DNA of 64,000 bases from Treponemataceae bacterium. GTDB lineage: Bacteria > Spirochaetota > Spirochaetia > Treponematales > Rectinemataceae. A program made the position numbers and the translations under genes. The notes below the pieces were generated by a model that searched no databases, was not told where the DNA came from, and was given only the letters and a program-made list of their open reading frames with translations. This document shows, piece by piece, positions 11,044-20,218 of the stretch. The DNA lies in assembly GCA_963667725.2 (NCBI GenBank), contig CAXXHO010000005.1:416001-480000 (forward strand), written 5' to 3'. How positions within the stretch are numbered: position 1 is the first letter of the stretch; each line of letters starts with the position of its first letter.

Positions 11044-11192
11044 ATCTAACATTGGCTTAACCTTTAAAGCCTGGCCCGAGCGGCGTTGCGTAGCAACGAT
11101 GCGAGGGATTGGCGTGGTTTTTGCGTAAAGGAGCGTAGCGACTCGCAAAAACCATGACAAAAGGCTTTATAAGGTTGAAGCACTTGTTAGAT
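11044..11192 (-). repeat. attC site 7
   Basis: attC palindrome with extra gttgc-gta-gcaac hairpin. Confidence 0.93.
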
Positions 11193-11197
11193 GGTTC

Positions 11198-11692
11198 TTA
11201 CTTGCTCTCTATTATATGCTTTTTTAGCTCTTCCCCTAATGTATCGATTAGATTTTTAATGCTTGGTGTTATAAATTCAGTTTCAGCTTTAAATATTGCG
11301 ATAATTTGATTCTTATTATCAATTATTCTAATAATTGCTCTATCTGCAATATATCCAACTAATGGATCATATCGAATATTTCCAATAGAAAACTCAAATT
11401 TTGCATCTGCATGATTATTTTTATCTACTATATTTAATCCTATACTTAATAATTCAAATTGCATCATTTCTAAAGCTTGTACTGCTTGCTGTTGAACATC
11501 TTCAAAACTCGCCATGTTCATTTTATCGGCATCATTGTAATTTAGTATCATTATTCCAGAGCTATTTACTAAATATAACTCTACATTTCTTATACTTGTG
11601 ATATCCTTTTTTATCACTGTCTCAGATGTTGATGCACAGCTAATTAAGAGCATTAAGCAAAACATAAGGTAAATCCTTAATAAATTTTTCAT
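11198..11692 (-). CDS. Putative lipoprotein, hypothetical
   Basis: MKNLLRIYLMFCLMLLISC lipobox-like N-terminus. Confidence 0.65.
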   Translation of the reverse strand: MKNLLRIYLMFCLMLLISCASTSETVIKKDITSIRNVELYLVNSSGIMILNYNDADKMNMASFEDVQQQAVQALEMMQFELLSIGLNIVDKNNHADAKFEFSIGNIRYDPLVGYIADRAIIRIIDNKNQIIAIFKAETEFITPSIKNLIDTLGEELKKHIIESK

Positions 11693-11764
11693 CAAATACT
11701 CCATAAACAATTTACATTTTATTAAGCCTTTATAAACTTGACTTAATCAATAATTATTACATCC

Positions 11765-11887
11765 ATCTAACATTGGCTTAACCTTTAAATCCGCGCCTGA
11801 GCGAAGCGAAGGCTTGGCGCGTTTTGTGCATTGTTGTTCTGCACAAAACGTGCCAAAGGATTTATAAGGTTGAAGCTTTTGTTAGAA
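11765..11887 (-). repeat. attC site 8
   Basis: attC palindrome. Confidence 0.93.
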
Positions 11888-11898
11888 GTCTTTTTTTA

Positions 11899-12312
11899 TT
11901 ACTTAAACACATTCTCAATTTTTACTTTGCCAGGCAATCTATATATATCGAAATCAGAGTCTATACTAATGATCTTCTTTACTCCTGTTCTCTTTGCTGC
12001 TATAACCAATGTTGCATCTGCAAAATCCATAGGCCTATCACTATACTTTTTCGTCATTTCAATTATATCTGAAATGTCTGTTTGTTTTATCTGGTGTATT
12101 ACTATTCCTTCTTTTTCTATCCATTCCAAAAACTGTATTTGCACATTTACATTAAAATCTAACATATGAGACACTTCAGTTATCACTGCTGTTGTTGTTA
12201 TAAACTTATACTTTTTGTCTTCTATAAAATGAATAATCTTCTCATGATATGAATCATCTTTGTCAAATAAAGCAATTATTGGTCCAGCATCAATGAGTAT
12301 TTCGTTTAGCAT
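11899..12312 (-). CDS. vapC: PIN-domain (VapC-like) toxin
   Basis: ILIDAGP, VITE, MDFADA and SIDSDF PIN motifs. Confidence 0.88.
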   Translation of the reverse strand: MLNEILIDAGPIIALFDKDDSYHEKIIHFIEDKKYKFITTTAVITEVSHMLDFNVNVQIQFLEWIEKEGIVIHQIKQTDISDIIEMTKKYSDRPMDFADATLVIAAKRTGVKKIISIDSDFDIYRLPGKVKIENVFK

Positions 12313-12547
12313 TAATTTTTTCCTTGATTAGTTTTTTATACTCAACTGAAAGGTTCCCTTTTCCACTTCCATACTGACCAAAGTACTCTTTGCCAAGTTC
12401 ATACGAGTCCTTTTCATTTCCTTGCTGATAAAAGAACTGCTCAAGAGCTTCTTTAATAAGCTCAGATTTAGTCTTTTTTTTTGTGCGAGAAAGAGATGCA
12501 AGTCTTTTCTCGATATCATCAGGCAATCTAACTGTTGTCATACCCAT
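12290..12547 (-). CDS. Ribbon-helix-helix (CopG-like) antitoxin
   Basis: TTVRLPDD...KSELIKEAL; overlaps the PIN gene. Confidence 0.85.
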   Translation of the reverse strand: MGMTTVRLPDDIEKRLASLSRTKKKTKSELIKEALEQFFYQQGNEKDSYELGKEYFGQYGSGKGNLSVEYKKLIKEKINAKRNTH

Positions 12548-12551
12548 CTCC

Positions 12552-12590
12552 TGTATTACACAGTGTAATACATCTATTTCAATTTGTCAA
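12552..12590 (-). promoter_or_regulatory. TA promoter/operator
   Basis: TTGACA-17bp-TACACT overlapped by palindrome tgtattacac-a-gtgtaataca (12552-12572). Confidence 0.8.
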
Positions 12591-12612
12591 TATTTTTGCG
12601 CCGAAGGCGTCC

Positions 12613-12734
12613 TTCTAACATTGGTTTAACCGGTAATTCCGTGCCCGAAGGGCTTGGCGCGGTTTGTGCATAAAGAGCGAAGCGATTGCACAAACCGTGA
12701 CAAAGGAATTATCCGGTTGAAGCATGTGTTAGGA
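12613..12734 (-). repeat. attC site 9
   Basis: attC palindrome, variant. Confidence 0.9.
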
Positions 12735-12748
12735 ACCCACACTTTTAT

Positions 12749-13288
12749 TCACCGCGATCCCAAATATCGTGCGGTATTTACATTCCTTACAGTCATTTCT
12801 TTATATATCTTATGCCCTATTATTTTATTCAATTGGCTCTTATTATAATCTTTCCTTTTGACATTCCATATAAGAGCTCCTTCTACATAAAGTACTTTTA
12901 TATAGTCCTTCTTTATTGGTAGTTCATCAACAATATTTTTTCTATCAATACTTTTAAATAAATAAGCAACATCAGTTTTTTGATCTTCATCATTCTTCCA
13001 TTCATTTGGTATTGTTTCTGCTATTGTCCTCATTTGCTCTTTAGTCTTAATGAGTACTTTTATGTCTTCACCGATACTATCTTTAAGAATTCTTTGTATA
13101 GTCTCTTCTATCTTGTCTTGTGTTTCATTAGTATTAAATTGAACATTCCCTGAATTGATATATGTTAAAACTTCAGAACAGCCTAATCCTTCAAATAATG
13201 TTTTGAGTGTTTTCATATTAATACGTTTTGAATTACCAACATTTATGCCACGAAGCAAAGCTATATATTTCATACGATTTCTATCCAT
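12749..13288 (-). CDS. DUF1697-family protein
   Basis: YIALLRGINVG, TYINSGNV and TVRNVNT motifs. Confidence 0.88.
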   Translation of the reverse strand: MDRNRMKYIALLRGINVGNSKRINMKTLKTLFEGLGCSEVLTYINSGNVQFNTNETQDKIEETIQRILKDSIGEDIKVLIKTKEQMRTIAETIPNEWKNDEDQKTDVAYLFKSIDRKNIVDELPIKKDYIKVLYVEGALIWNVKRKDYNKSQLNKIIGHKIYKEMTVRNVNTARYLGSR

Positions 13289-13501
13289 TCTCTGGTGTTC
13301 CTAACATTGGCTTAACCCTTAACGCCTGTTCCTGAGCGAAGCGAAGGATTGGCGTGGTTTTTGCGTTATCTTCTAGCAAAAACCATGACAAAAGGCGTTA
13401 TAGGGTTTATAATGAGCCGCGATAACTGGACAGGAATAGAGACAATATAAAGTGGACCGCTCCTCCTTGCAGAACGGAAAGAAGGAGGCATAGAGTTAGC
13501 T

Positions 13502-13804
13502 ATGAGAAAGCGGTACGACAAAGAATTCAAGGCCAAAGTAGCCTTGGAAGCCCTGAAGGGCGAAAAGACTCTGCAGGAACTGGCGATTACTTACTCGGTC
13601 CATCCGAACATGATCGCGCTCTGGAAAAGGCAACTTTCGGAGCACGCATCGGCGCTCTTTGAGAAAGAAGGGAAGGATAAAACAACAGAAGACGCCACGA
13701 GGCAAAAGGATGAACTGTACAAACAGATAGGACAGCTCCAAGTGGAGAACGACTACCTTAAAAAAAAATACAAACAACTGTACGGGACCGATCCGAAATG
13801 GTAG
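13502..13804 (+). CDS. IS3-family OrfA
   Basis: RKRYDKEFKAKVALEA HTH. Confidence 0.9.
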   Translation: MRKRYDKEFKAKVALEALKGEKTLQELAITYSVHPNMIALWKRQLSEHASALFEKEGKDKTTEDATRQKDELYKQIGQLQVENDYLKKKYKQLYGTDPKW

Positions 13805-14634
13805 AAGCCGATCATCCCGAGCTCTCAATAGCGCAGCAATGCACGATCCTCGGGATAGCTCGATCATCTTACTACTACCAGCCTAAGGAAGCTCCGGAAG
13901 ATCATGATTTGGCTATTCTGGAAGCTATCCTCGAGGTGCTGAAAGAGAAACCGTTCTACGGTTACCGTAGAATAGCAAGGGAACTGATCTATTTGGACGT
14001 TACACGAAAGCAAGTTCGAAGGATTATGAAGAAAGCCGGATTACGGGCGATCTATCCTGGACTTCAGCTTTCCAAACCGTCCAAGGGTTCCAAGAAATAC
14101 CCCTATTTACTTAGGGGGATGAATATTTGGCTACCGAATCAGGTGTGGGCGTCTGACATAACCTATATCAAGCTTTCTGGCGGTTACGTCTATCTGGTTA
14201 CGATAATTGACCTGTATTCCAGGAAGATTCTGTCCTGGCGGGTTTCTAACACCATGGATGCCCAATTTTGTGTGTCGGCACTGGAAGAAGCAATTGCCCA
14301 TTACGGAGTACCAGGCATTTTTAACACAGATCAAGGAAGCCAGTTTACTTCTGACGCCTTTGTGTCGGTGCTGGAATCTCATGGAATACAAATCAGCATG
14401 GATGGCGTAAACAGGGCGCTGGACAATATCTTTGTAGAACGGTTCTGGAGATCCTTGAAGTACGAGGACATTTATCTCAAGGATTACCGAACTATGACGG
14501 AGCTGAAAGATGGGCTGGCTCGCTACCTTAGGTTTTATAACAGTGAGCGATTCCATCAATCGCTGGAGTACGAAACTCCAGACACTATTTATTGGAGTAA
14601 GTTCCCGGCAAGGGAACTCAAAGAAGCTGTATGA
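13798..14634 (+). CDS. IS3-family OrfB (DDE); likely fused to OrfA by -1 frameshift
   Basis: WASDITYI, FNTDQGSQF and ERFWRSLKYE motifs. Confidence 0.92.
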   Translation: MVEADHPELSIAQQCTILGIARSSYYYQPKEAPEDHDLAILEAILEVLKEKPFYGYRRIARELIYLDVTRKQVRRIMKKAGLRAIYPGLQLSKPSKGSKKYPYLLRGMNIWLPNQVWASDITYIKLSGGYVYLVTIIDLYSRKILSWRVSNTMDAQFCVSALEEAIAHYGVPGIFNTDQGSQFTSDAFVSVLESHGIQISMDGVNRALDNIFVERFWRSLKYEDIYLKDYRTMTELKDGLARYLRFYNSERFHQSLEYETPDTIYWSKFPARELKEAV

Positions 14635-14714
14635 GAGGAGAAGGTGTCCACCTTATTCCTGATTCTTTTCTGTCTAGACAGGTGGGCTCATTATAGTTGA
14701 AGCAGTTGTTAGGC

Positions 14715-14743
14715 TTGACTTTTGTGATATATACACATATACT
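14715..14743 (+). promoter_or_regulatory. Putative ccdAB promoter
   Basis: TTGACT-17bp-TATACT immediately inside the cassette end. Confidence 0.7.
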
Positions 14744-14795
14744 ATACATATATTGAATGATATATTTTCTATTTCTTTATATTATGGAGGTTTAT

Positions 14796-15041
14796 ATGCT
14801 TATTCTTTATAACCTTAATGCACCCAAAAAACCCACTAATCTTACTATTAATAGTGATTTGCTTACTAAAGCTAAAGAACTCAAAATTAATATCTCTTCT
14901 GTTCTTGAACATGCTTTGGCTGAAAAAGTAAAACAAACTAAACGAGATGAATGGCTGCAAGAAAACTCTGAATCAATTGCTACTTATAATAATCATATAA
15001 GCGAATTTGGTATTTTTAGCGATGATGTAAGGACTTTCTAA
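14796..15041 (+). CDS. ccdA: CcdA-family antitoxin
   Basis: KKPTNLTINSDLL...INIS...WLQEN; GGAGG before ATG 14796. Confidence 0.88.
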   Translation: MLILYNLNAPKKPTNLTINSDLLTKAKELKINISSVLEHALAEKVKQTKRDEWLQENSESIATYNNHISEFGIFSDDVRTF

Positions 15042-15358
15042 TGGCACAATTCTCAATTTATACAAATATGAATCCCATAACAAAAGCAATATATCCATAC
15101 ATCATTGATGTACAGTCACCCCTATTGGATTCTCTTGAAACTCGTTTAGTAATTCCACTATCTTTAAAATCTAGATTCAACGAAAAAGCTATAAAAAATC
15201 TTACACCAGTACTATTAATAAACAATATAGAATATCTAGTTTTGACTCCGCAAATGGCTGCAATTCAAAAAAAGCATATTGGAACTTATATTGGTGATTT
15301 TACAAAATACAGAAACGAAATTGTATATTCGATTGATTTCCTTATTACTGGCTTTTAA
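15041..15358 (+). CDS. ccdB: CcdB-family gyrase toxin
   Basis: MAQFSIY, DVQS, TRLVIPL and C-terminal IDFLITGF. Confidence 0.9.
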   Translation: MAQFSIYTNMNPITKAIYPYIIDVQSPLLDSLETRLVIPLSLKSRFNEKAIKNLTPVLLINNIEYLVLTPQMAAIQKKHIGTYIGDFTKYRNEIVYSIDFLITGF

Positions 15359-15366
15359 TTCTCTAA

Positions 15367-15489
15367 GCCTAACATTGGCTTAACCTTTAAATCCGCACCT
15401 GAGCGAAGCGAAGGATTGGCATGGTTTGTGCATGAGATTTCTGCACAAACCATGCCAAAGGATTTATAAGGTTGAAGCATGTGTTAGGT
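15367..15489 (-). repeat. attC site 11
   Basis: attC palindrome. Confidence 0.93.
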
Positions 15490-15508
15490 TATTTTTTCTT
15501 ACTTATTT

Positions 15509-15820
15509 TTATTTGAATTTAACCGCTGTCCCGTACGCAATCACTTCTGCTGCATTTTGCATAATCGCAGACGATGCATAGCGTATATTTACTACAGCAT
15601 CAGCACCAAGTTGCTCTGCTTCTTCTACCATTCTCTTGGTTGCTAAAGCACGCGATTCATTCATCATCTCATTGTATGCTTTCAATTCTCCTCCTACTAA
15701 TGATTTGAACACTTGGGTAATATCTTTACCGATGTTTTTTGATTGAATTGTACTTCCTTTGACAAGTGTGAGTGTTTCCAATTCTTTGCCAGTAATGTAA
15801 TCAGTATTTACTAAGATCAT
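15509..15820 (-). CDS. YbjQ/UPF0145-family protein
   Basis: GGELKAY...GADAVVNIR...AYGTAV. Confidence 0.9.
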   Translation of the reverse strand: MILVNTDYITGKELETLTLVKGSTIQSKNIGKDITQVFKSLVGGELKAYNEMMNESRALATKRMVEEAEQLGADAVVNIRYASSAIMQNAAEVIAYGTAVKFK

Positions 15821-16028
15821 CTTCTTCTCCTCCCTTTATTTCTTTTATTCTCTCTATCAATATAAATACAAAAGTAACAGATACAATTACCGATATGCCT
15901 AGTATAATTATCTTTATCAAATTTGGAACATGAAATATTATTAATGAAGCTCCAACAATTATATAGTATATAATAATGACAGTTACTATAAATATTGGAG
16001 CTATCATTTTCCTTCCATGATTATTCAT
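15801..16028 (-). CDS. Small two-TM membrane protein
   Basis: Two hydrophobic helices; overlaps the YbjQ start. Confidence 0.7.
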   Translation of the reverse strand: MNNHGRKMIAPIFIVTVIIIYYIIVGASLIIFHVPNLIKIIILGISVIVSVTFVFILIERIKEIKGGEEDDLSKY

Positions 16029-16061
16029 ATAATTGTCCTATATGGTATGTATCGTTAGTTT

Positions 16062-16259
16062 TCATTGTTCTAATTGAAATGATTTGGCTAACTCATAATC
16101 TTTTTCACTCACCAGTATTATTGCTTCTATACAATATGATACCGGTCTTTGGCCTCCACTATCATCTGACTGAATAATATATGGGATATTTTCTTTATCG
16201 AGGATAGTAGCAAAGAATTCTGCATCAAACCTATTTTTGAACCGCTTAAGTTCTATCAT
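16062..16259 (-). CDS. DUF2007-like small protein
   Basis: AEFFATILDKENIP...ILVSEKDYELAK; GAGG before ATG 16259. Confidence 0.65.
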   Translation of the reverse strand: MIELKRFKNRFDAEFFATILDKENIPYIIQSDDSGGQRPVSYCIEAIILVSEKDYELAKSFQLEQ

Positions 16260-16329
16260 TCTAGAACCTCTTAATTTGGCGCGTAGCGTCAACCTAACAT
16301 TGGCTTAACCCTTAACGCCTGTTCCCGAG

Positions 16330-18252
16330 CTGGCGTTGTACAGTGTGTGGTATAAAGCAGCAAGTAATAAAGTAGCTTAATATATTATACTGACAACAAA
16401 TAACTAAAAACGGACTGTACAAAAAGCATGATACAAATGCGGTATAAGATATCTATAAATATTCGAAATAAAACTTTACAGATAAAACACTATGTTGTAT
16501 AATTAGCGGTATAATGAACGTACGAAAATGTACCCTAAAGAATGCTCAAGGCGGTACCTATACTTACCTTCAACTTGTGCACAACTACCGCGTTAAGGAA
16601 ACAGGAAAGACCAAGACCAATGTCCTTATGAAGCTCGGACGGGAAGATCAGATCGAGCCTTCCTACATCCAGGCGATCATTAAGGCATTGTCCGCGGTCT
16701 TGGGCGAATCTTCTTCCGGGACGTTTGCCGAATTTGACTTCCACGCAAGCAGGGAGCTTGGCGGCACCTGGCTTCTCGATGCTTTGTGGAATCGACTCGG
16801 CATGGCCAAGGCTATCAAAGGGCTTCTTAAGGAACGACAGTTCGCCACACCCGTTGAACGGCTCTGCTTTGCCATGGTTTCAGGAAGAATACTCGCTCCG
16901 GGTTCGAAGCTTTCTCTTGAGCACTGGGTTTCAAAGAAAGCCTTTATTAAAGACCTTAACGAGGTAGACGTTCATAATCTTTATAGGGCGATGGATCTTC
17001 TTGTGGCGTCGAACGAGGAACTCCAGAAGCAGATATTCACCGAAGTGTCGAAGAATACGCATCTCGACGTGGATCTCATCTTCCTCGATACGACGAACAC
17101 CTATTTCGAGACCGATGAAGATGCTTCCAGCTCGGGACTCTTAAAACGTGGCCACAGCAAGGATGGGCACCCCGAGCTACCCTTGGTTTCGATTGCCTTT
17201 GCGGTGACGCGTAGCGGCATTCCTATTCGCTGCTGGGTATTCCCGGGCAACACGAGCGACCAGACGATCGTCGAGCAGGTGAAAGGTGATCTAGGACAGT
17301 GGAATCTTGGTCATGTCGTCATGGTCCAAGATGCAGGATTCAATAGTGCCGACAACAGAAGAATCCTTTTACGGGAATGCGGTGACTATATCATCGGCGA
17401 AAAGCTCCGCGTTGGTACCGATGGCGCCGCGGTAGAAGCCCTACACCGGAAAGGGCGATTCAGGATCCTGGAAAGTGGCCTCGCGATTAAAGATGTCGTC
17501 CTCGATGCAGGGAAAGCCACGGAGCGCCGATTCATCATCGTCAAGAATCCGGAAGCCGAAACGCGCGACCATGTCATACGCGAACAAATCGTCGATGCTA
17601 CGAAGCGCAAGCTTGATGAACTGTCGCAGTATACGGGGAAAGCACACACGAAAGCGGCGTGTGCGCTACGCTCTCATTCCGCCTATGGCAGATACATTAG
17701 GCAGGATACGAAGGGTGTCTTGCACCTCGACACCGCCAAGATAGCCTCAGAGGAACTCCTTGATGGCAAGTTTCTAGTGTCGACGTCCAGCATGAAGCTG
17801 GATGCTGCCGATATTGTTGCCGGCTATAAGCAGCTCTGGGCCATAGAGCGGGTATTCAAGGATATGAAAAACACCTTGGATATTCGTCCCATATACCACC
17901 GACTTGATGATCGTATTCGAAGCCATATTCTTATTTGCTGGCTTGCCATGGTGCTGGTACGGTATGCAGAGAATATGGCGGACCGGTCGTGGTACCAGAT
18001 TGAAAAAGTTCTGTCCGATGTTACTGCAGGGCTTATTGAGAGCGACAATGTAAGCCTCTGGTATTGCTCTGATATTTCCGACGAGGCGAAGGACATTTTC
18101 AAGCGCTTAACTATTGAATTACCAAAGAAAGTTCTTGCTACAGTAGCAAGAGATCCTGTTGCGGTATAAAAGATTTTCGACTGCAATCGTATAACTCTAT
18201 TATTTATAGAGTATTAGCAAGATTTTCTATACCGCGCACTGTACAACGCCAG
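16330..18252 (+). mobile_element. IS1634-family element, copy 3 (1923 bp)
   Basis: Same TIRs; TSD CCGAG. Confidence 0.92.
16514..18169 (+). CDS. IS1634-family transposase
   Basis: Protein identical to copy 2. Confidence 0.9.
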   Translation: MNVRKCTLKNAQGGTYTYLQLVHNYRVKETGKTKTNVLMKLGREDQIEPSYIQAIIKALSAVLGESSSGTFAEFDFHASRELGGTWLLDALWNRLGMAKAIKGLLKERQFATPVERLCFAMVSGRILAPGSKLSLEHWVSKKAFIKDLNEVDVHNLYRAMDLLVASNEELQKQIFTEVSKNTHLDVDLIFLDTTNTYFETDEDASSSGLLKRGHSKDGHPELPLVSIAFAVTRSGIPIRCWVFPGNTSDQTIVEQVKGDLGQWNLGHVVMVQDAGFNSADNRRILLRECGDYIIGEKLRVGTDGAAVEALHRKGRFRILESGLAIKDVVLDAGKATERRFIIVKNPEAETRDHVIREQIVDATKRKLDELSQYTGKAHTKAACALRSHSAYGRYIRQDTKGVLHLDTAKIASEELLDGKFLVSTSSMKLDAADIVAGYKQLWAIERVFKDMKNTLDIRPIYHRLDDRIRSHILICWLAMVLVRYAENMADRSWYQIEKVLSDVTAGLIESDNVSLWYCSDISDEAKDIFKRLTIELPKKVLATVARDPVAV

Positions 18253-18337
18253 CCGAGCGAAGCGAGGGATTGGCGTGGTTTTTGCGTTATCTTCTCGCAA
18301 AAATCATGACAAAAGGCGTTATAGGGTTGAAGCTTTT

Positions 18338-18500
18338 GTTAGAATTTTCACCCCAAAGAGCACTTCTTTCTTCTCTTCTCTTTAACTTATCTATTTTCTT
18401 CTTTTCGTCGTTTTTTATATGCACGTAACATGCGAGAATAAGGGAAAGACGCACCGCTTCTCTTCCCTTTTCGAGCAGCTGAACAACTAATAATTCTAAC
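18338..18500 (-). other. Very short cassette with no self-contained ORF
   Basis: ~160 bp between attC12 and attC13; cores GTTAGAA/TTCTAAC. Confidence 0.8.
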
Positions 18501-18627
18501 ATTGGCTTAACCCTTAACGCCTGCTCCTGAGCAAAGCGAAGGATTGGCGTGGTTTTTGCGTAAAGGAGCGAAGCGACTCGCAAAAACCATGACAAAAGGC
18601 GTTATAGGGTTGAAGCATTTGTTAGAT
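18494..18627 (-). repeat. attC site 13
   Basis: attC palindrome. Confidence 0.93.
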
Positions 18628-18638
18628 GTCTCTTTTTT

Positions 18639-19277
18639 CTATTCCAAATAGGCTCTAAAAGCTATAGAAAACTCTTCTTGTGTGTATCTATATCCCTTTT
18701 CTTTATTAGTAAATAGTTTATCAAACTCTTCAACTTTCTTTTCATCAATATTATACGCTTCACTATCATAATACTTCCATGAATGATCTTTAAATACATC
18801 CTTCTTTAGCTCAAGCACTAGCATACTGTAAGGATACTTCCCTTCCCTATTACTAATATTGAAATCCTTTGAACTCTTAAATCCATATTTGCAGTAATTA
18901 TGCGGATGCCCATAGATGATGATTGCTTTATAATTATTTTCTTTTGCTTTTTCAATAGATTTCTTTATCAAAGTTGACCCAATTCCCTGTTTCTGATAAC
19001 TAGGATGTACGCTTACTGGACCAAAGGTAATAGTTTCTATATTTTCATCTTTTTCATTCTTTACATAAGATTTCATGTACATAATATTGCCAACTACTCT
19101 TTCATTTATTGTCACAACTAATGCCAAGTCTTTTATAAAATCCTTATGATCTCTCATGATATGAACAAGGTAGTGCTCATTGCATCCAGGAACATAAAGA
19201 TTCCAAAATGCTTTTCGAGTAATATCTTCTACTTTTCTATAATCAGCTTCAGTTTCATTTCGAACTATAATGTTCAT
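18639..19277 (-). CDS. GNAT N-acetyltransferase (YhbS-like)
   Basis: FGPVSVHPSYQKQGIGSTLI motif A. Confidence 0.88.
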   Translation of the reverse strand: MNIIVRNETEADYRKVEDITRKAFWNLYVPGCNEHYLVHIMRDHKDFIKDLALVVTINERVVGNIMYMKSYVKNEKDENIETITFGPVSVHPSYQKQGIGSTLIKKSIEKAKENNYKAIIIYGHPHNYCKYGFKSSKDFNISNREGKYPYSMLVLELKKDVFKDHSWKYYDSEAYNIDEKKVEEFDKLFTNKEKGYRYTQEEFSIAFRAYLE

Positions 19278-19384
19278 ACTATTTATTCCCCTAGTATCTG
19301 CTGGCTAAATTCGAACTCATTTAGCATCAGGTTAACATAATCTATTGTTGCTTCAACATGTCTACTTTTGCGCCGAAGGCGTCC

Positions 19385-19509
19385 ATCTAACATTGGCTTA
19401 ACCCTTAACGCCTATTCCTGAGCGATGCGAAGGATTGGCGTGGTTTTTGCGTGATCTTCTCGCAAAAACCATGACAAAAGGCGTTATAGGGTTGAAGCAT
19501 TTGTTAGGC
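19385..19509 (-). repeat. attC site 14
   Basis: Dominant attC subtype. Confidence 0.93.
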
Positions 19510-20039
19510 TAATCTTCTTTCTTAAATATTTCTTTATATTGATGTATTTTACTTTTCAACTCTTTCAAACACTCTTCTTTTGTCCTATCTGTTGTATCTA
19601 TGACTATTCTTTCTCTATCCCACTTTTCATACATTCTATTCTCAACTTTTTCCCATGTAGGAAGTATAAATCCTTCAATATCATTGATTCTTTTTTCTAC
19701 TCGTTCTTTATGCTCTATTGTGTTTTTACATTCTATCTCTATATTAATAATATTTGCATTATTTTCTTTGGCTACTCTATCCCATTCATCACGTGTTAAC
19801 TTCCATGGATTACAGCAATCAATAATAACATCATTCCCTAATGCAAGATTATCCGTCGCTATACGATAGGATAATCTATATCCCTCTCCTTGAACATTAT
19901 ATGAACATAATTCATTGATACCATGCTCTATTGTATCAAGTCTTACGTATGCAGCTTTTAATATTTTTACCAATTCTCTTGCAAGTGTTGTCTTCCCGGT
20001 TGCCGGTAAACCTGAAAATACAATTAATAGTGGCTTCAC
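19509..20039 (-). CDS. P-loop (AAA_33) kinase
   Basis: GLPATGKTT Walker A. Confidence 0.85.
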   Translation of the reverse strand: MKPLLIVFSGLPATGKTTLARELVKILKAAYVRLDTIEHGINELCSYNVQGEGYRLSYRIATDNLALGNDVIIDCCNPWKLTRDEWDRVAKENNANIINIEIECKNTIEHKERVEKRINDIEGFILPTWEKVENRMYEKWDRERIVIDTTDRTKEECLKELKSKIHQYKEIFKKED

Positions 20040-20078
20040 TTAGTCTCCATATATCAACATATTGCCTTTTCTTAATAA

Positions 20079-20218
20079 GCCTAACATTGGCTTAACCTTT
20101 AAAGCCTGGCCCGAGCGGCGTTGCGCAGCAACGATGCGAGGGATTGGCGTGGTTTGTGCATTGTTGTTCTGCACAAACCATGACAAAAGGCTTTATAAGG
20201 TTGAAGCGTTTGTTAGTC
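20079..20218 (-). repeat. attC site 15
   Basis: attC palindrome. Confidence 0.93.

Larger units (their letters stand above)
13408..14695 (+). mobile_element. IS3-family element (1288 bp)
   Basis: TIR tataatgagcc / ggctcattata; 3-bp TSD GTT; orfA/orfB in -1 frame with an A9 run at 13760-13768. Confidence 0.92.
13299..14714 (-). repeat. attC site 10, split by IS3
   Basis: Segments 13299-13407 and 14696-14714 rejoin into the dominant attC subtype. Confidence 0.92.
16292..18344 (-). repeat. attC site 12, split by IS1634 copy 3
   Basis: Halves 16292-16329 and 18253-18344. Confidence 0.92.
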
